A stretch of DNA of 64,000 nucleotides from positions 64,001-128,000 of IMG/VR virus record IMGVR_UViG_3300045988_167732. The stretch is one strand, 5' to 3'. This document shows, piece after piece, positions 61,401 to 64,000 of the stretch. Every line of letters begins with the position of its first letter. The stretch's first letter is position 1. A program made the position numbers and the translations under genes. This DNA is from a virus. The notes under the pieces were generated by a model. It was not told the DNA's origin. It worked only from the letters and a program-made list of their open reading frames with translations, and searched no databases.

Positions 61401-61472
61401 TTAATTACGGTTATAGATAATCATTATCTACATAAGATTGTAGAAATAATTAACGTAGAAGATTCTCTACAT
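61401..61472 (-). CDS. leader mini-ORF (23 aa) with TAG at codons 2 and 15
   Basis: AAGGAGG SD; ATG-TAG-AGA...; an in-frame TTG lies 3 codons upstream. Confidence 0.3.
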
Positions 61473-61556
61473 GGCTTTCAACTCCTTTCCTCCTTAGACA
61501 AGGGACAATTATATAACAGTTTATAGGAACTGGTTATATCAAGAAAGAGCAGGATT

Positions 61557-61736
61557 TTATTCCTGCTCTTTTTCTATTGTGTACAAATACTGCTTTCGCT
61601 TTTCTTTGTACTGTTTGTTAATTTTGTACCGATAACTGCCATGAGTCTTACGCTGAATTCCTTCACAGCGGTCATAGTACATACCATCGTACTGGGGATA
61701 CTCTGTGATAGCATTGTTAGGTGTACGTTTAGACAT
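61557..61736 (-). CDS. hypothetical basic small protein (59 aa)
   Basis: ATG 61736 after GGAGGG; the stop lies inside the GAGCAGGA/TCCTGCTC terminator hairpin. Confidence 0.6.
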   Translation of the reverse strand: MSKRTPNNAITEYPQYDGMYYDRCEGIQRKTHGSYRYKINKQYKEKRKQYLYTIEKEQE

Positions 61737-63996
61737 AACTTTTACCCTCCAAACCATATTCTTTAGTATCAAGTTTACTGCTACTTGCGCTATAACCTTG
61801 ACCTTTGTTGAGCACAATGTTTACAGGACATTTAATTCCCTTTTCATGAATCCAGTTAATTACGAACTTGACTGCATCAGGTTCATTTCCAAGCCAACGA
61901 TTGTAAAGCCCATGAATTTGAATGATTTCGTTGTGGTTGTTAACCTCAATCGTGAAGAAAGGAATATCAATTTCTTCATTCTTTCTTAAGAACAGAATGT
62001 TTGTTCTACCTTCTGCAACACGACTGATATAACCTCCAGCACAATGATGAAGATATACACCTTCCTTCGTAATTTTGTTCATCTCTTCAGGAACAACGAT
62101 GGAGAAATTATCATTAGCATACTCAAACTTTTCTTTGCGTTGGTCATAAAGTTTAGCTGCTAACTTATTTAATCTCTCCTGTTCTTCTTTGTTTCTTGCT
62201 TCTTTATCCGTAATATTGATTTCAATCAACATATTATGATAACGATGAAGTTCATTCACATCTTTACATGCGTACAAATCAATATCAGGACGGTTGGCGT
62301 TTGAGATTTGTTTGAACAAATTTAAGGTGTCAGAAAAAATTCTAAATACATCCTCGTTAAGACCTTTCTTATCAGTCTTTTCCTGAAGACGCATAAGTTT
62401 GAGAAGATTTTTTCTATCCTTTTCGTTTTGTTCGGGAGTTAACAGCTTAATGTTTTTGTCTTTGCTCATGTACTCCCAACTTTTTCCACTATGATAATAA
62501 GTATATACTTTGTTATCTATTCCAACAAAATGCAAAAACTCATGATAATCAGAATGAATATTGCACATTCTTTTTGCCATGTTAAAGTAAAAGTCAGAAT
62601 CTTTGTCAGTAATAGAAGAAAGATTTTTAACGCCAGCAACAAATTGAACGGTTTCAATTACTCGTCGAGGAGTATATATCAGACCGCTGTAAATATAAGT
62701 TGGACCATTAGGATTCTTTTTCTTCTCCTTAAACATCTTATCTACCAATTCAAGCTGATGTTTGTTCATGCCACTAAGCTCATAAATGTTTGCAGATTTA
62801 GAATATTTTCTAAATCCAAAAAGATGCTCAATGTCAGATTTTGCAGATGCACTCATGAGATAATTGGCAATGTATTTATATCCAGCTTTATAAAATTGTT
62901 CGATAGCAGGACATCTAAGAGTGTAAATAATTCTAAGAATTAAGGAATTTGTTTTAGTCATAATGTCACTATCATTGATGATAGAAGAGATATAAAACAA
63001 TCTCTTAAACTTAAACATATCCTCAAAACCTTTGAAGAAACAGACATTATCAGCAGGAACTCCAACATCGGAAGAGCTAGACACTCTAAATACAACAACT
63101 CCATCAATAATTGAAATGGGTTTAAAGATTGTTACTTTCCCTTTGTTGTCAATAAGAATGCGTGTTTGTTCTTCGAAACCGAAATAGCCACCAAACTGAC
63201 GAATGACACAATAATTATCATCTAAGATATTAAATGTCCAAATTGTATCTTTGTATTCAGTGTGATACTCATTATTCCAAGAGTTTTTAACATCAACGGC
63301 TTTCTTAGGATATAACTGACGAAGCTCGTTTAAATTAACAGTTGGTAAGCTATTAACAATTTCAGAAATATCTGCTGATGATTTAGAGATGATACGGGGA
63401 TACATTGCTTTATAGTAATCAGCAAATGTATATGGAGTCCATTGCGTCCACTTGATTCTTGGATTGCATCCCTTCCTAGTAAATTCTTCAATTGCTTGAG
63501 AAAAGTAGAAATGGAAAACAGCCTTGTACAAATCATGCTGGAGAAAATTAACAAATCCTAAACTATAGAACTTGCCTCCTTTAGATTCAAATGCAATGTC
63601 TCCATTGACATTAAATGGAGCAGGGCAATTCTTGAAAAGAAGATAACGCTCTACAAAGTGGTAGTTTCTTCTCTCTTCAGGAATCTTTTTTGTACTAATT
63701 TCCATGATACCAAGCACAAGCATTTCAAATTCAGAGTAATATTTGGCATAAGCAACTTTTGCATCTTTGCCAGAACCAACAACAATTGTGTGGGACTGAA
63801 TATTACTCACATTGTAATGACCAGTTACTCCTTTACGATACTGTCCAATAGTATCGTTATGCTGAATAATTTCATATTCCCCTCTCAACAAATGAAAAGC
63901 TTTACCATTTGCTTTCTGCTGCCAATATACAGTGATATCAGGGCAATTGTTAAGATTGGGATGAGCACCCTCTTTAGTTGAAAGGAACTTTTTCAC
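61729..63996 (-). CDS. large PcfJ-like protein (at least 755 aa, possibly 5'-truncated by the window edge)
   Basis: C-terminus GVYLHHCAGGYISRVAEGRTNILFLRK...FFTIEV is PcfJ-like; the GTG at 63996 is only 4 nt from the window end. Confidence 0.7.
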   Translation of the reverse strand: MKKFLSTKEGAHPNLNNCPDITVYWQQKANGKAFHLLRGEYEIIQHNDTIGQYRKGVTGHYNVSNIQSHTIVVGSGKDAKVAYAKYYSEFEMLVLGIMEISTKKIPEERRNYHFVERYLLFKNCPAPFNVNGDIAFESKGGKFYSLGFVNFLQHDLYKAVFHFYFSQAIEEFTRKGCNPRIKWTQWTPYTFADYYKAMYPRIISKSSADISEIVNSLPTVNLNELRQLYPKKAVDVKNSWNNEYHTEYKDTIWTFNILDDNYCVIRQFGGYFGFEEQTRILIDNKGKVTIFKPISIIDGVVVFRVSSSSDVGVPADNVCFFKGFEDMFKFKRLFYISSIINDSDIMTKTNSLILRIIYTLRCPAIEQFYKAGYKYIANYLMSASAKSDIEHLFGFRKYSKSANIYELSGMNKHQLELVDKMFKEKKKNPNGPTYIYSGLIYTPRRVIETVQFVAGVKNLSSITDKDSDFYFNMAKRMCNIHSDYHEFLHFVGIDNKVYTYYHSGKSWEYMSKDKNIKLLTPEQNEKDRKNLLKLMRLQEKTDKKGLNEDVFRIFSDTLNLFKQISNANRPDIDLYACKDVNELHRYHNMLIEINITDKEARNKEEQERLNKLAAKLYDQRKEKFEYANDNFSIVVPEEMNKITKEGVYLHHCAGGYISRVAEGRTNILFLRKNEEIDIPFFTIEVNNHNEIIQIHGLYNRWLGNEPDAVKFVINWIHEKGIKCPVNIVLNKGQGYSASSSKLDTKEYGLEGKSYV

Positions 63997-64000
63997 AGTA

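Overview
AT-rich (about one third G+C by eye), very gene-dense DNA. It is most consistent with part of a large phage, or a phage-plasmid, of a Firmicutes-type host. Supporting signals are more than 110 mostly small ORFs with AGGAGG-type Shine-Dalgarno (SD) sites, about 20 near-consensus TTGACA-N17-TATAAT promoters, two cell-wall hydrolases (one with a SPOR domain, one SleB-like), an HNH-AP2 endonuclease and orphan methyltransferases. No capsid, portal or terminase gene was recognised. Two gene blocks converge at about 46.3-47.0 kb: a + strand block (1-46302) and a - strand block (47001-64000).

Main observations:
1. TAG behaves as a sense codon. At least eight + strand genes are open only if TAG is read through, for example 37120-38547 with seven TAGs and 6833-7303 with five. 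No gene in the window needs TAG as its terminator.
2. A 439-aa TnpB/Cas12f-like RuvC nuclease (30183-31502) is followed by a structured leader and a mini CRISPR-like array (31631-31861). No cas1/cas2, TnpA or IS ends are visible.
3. A promoter-to-terminator ncRNA of about 630 nt, G+C-enriched and hairpin-dense (12118-12746), has no class I could assign.
4. A recurring architecture places an anti-SD arm in the promoter spacer, complementary to the SD of the gene that promoter drives.
5. A panhandle sRNA candidate of about 125 nt displays three CCUCC motifs (14358-14482).
6. Two homologous intergenic modules of about 280 bp sit in the - strand block. Each has an antisense consensus promoter and a short leader ORF containing TAG.
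7. A C-depleted, G-quadruplex-bearing island lies at the convergence point, and helically phased repeat arrays lie elsewhere.

Most proteins are hypothetical. Functional calls rest on motifs read by eye, not on database searches.
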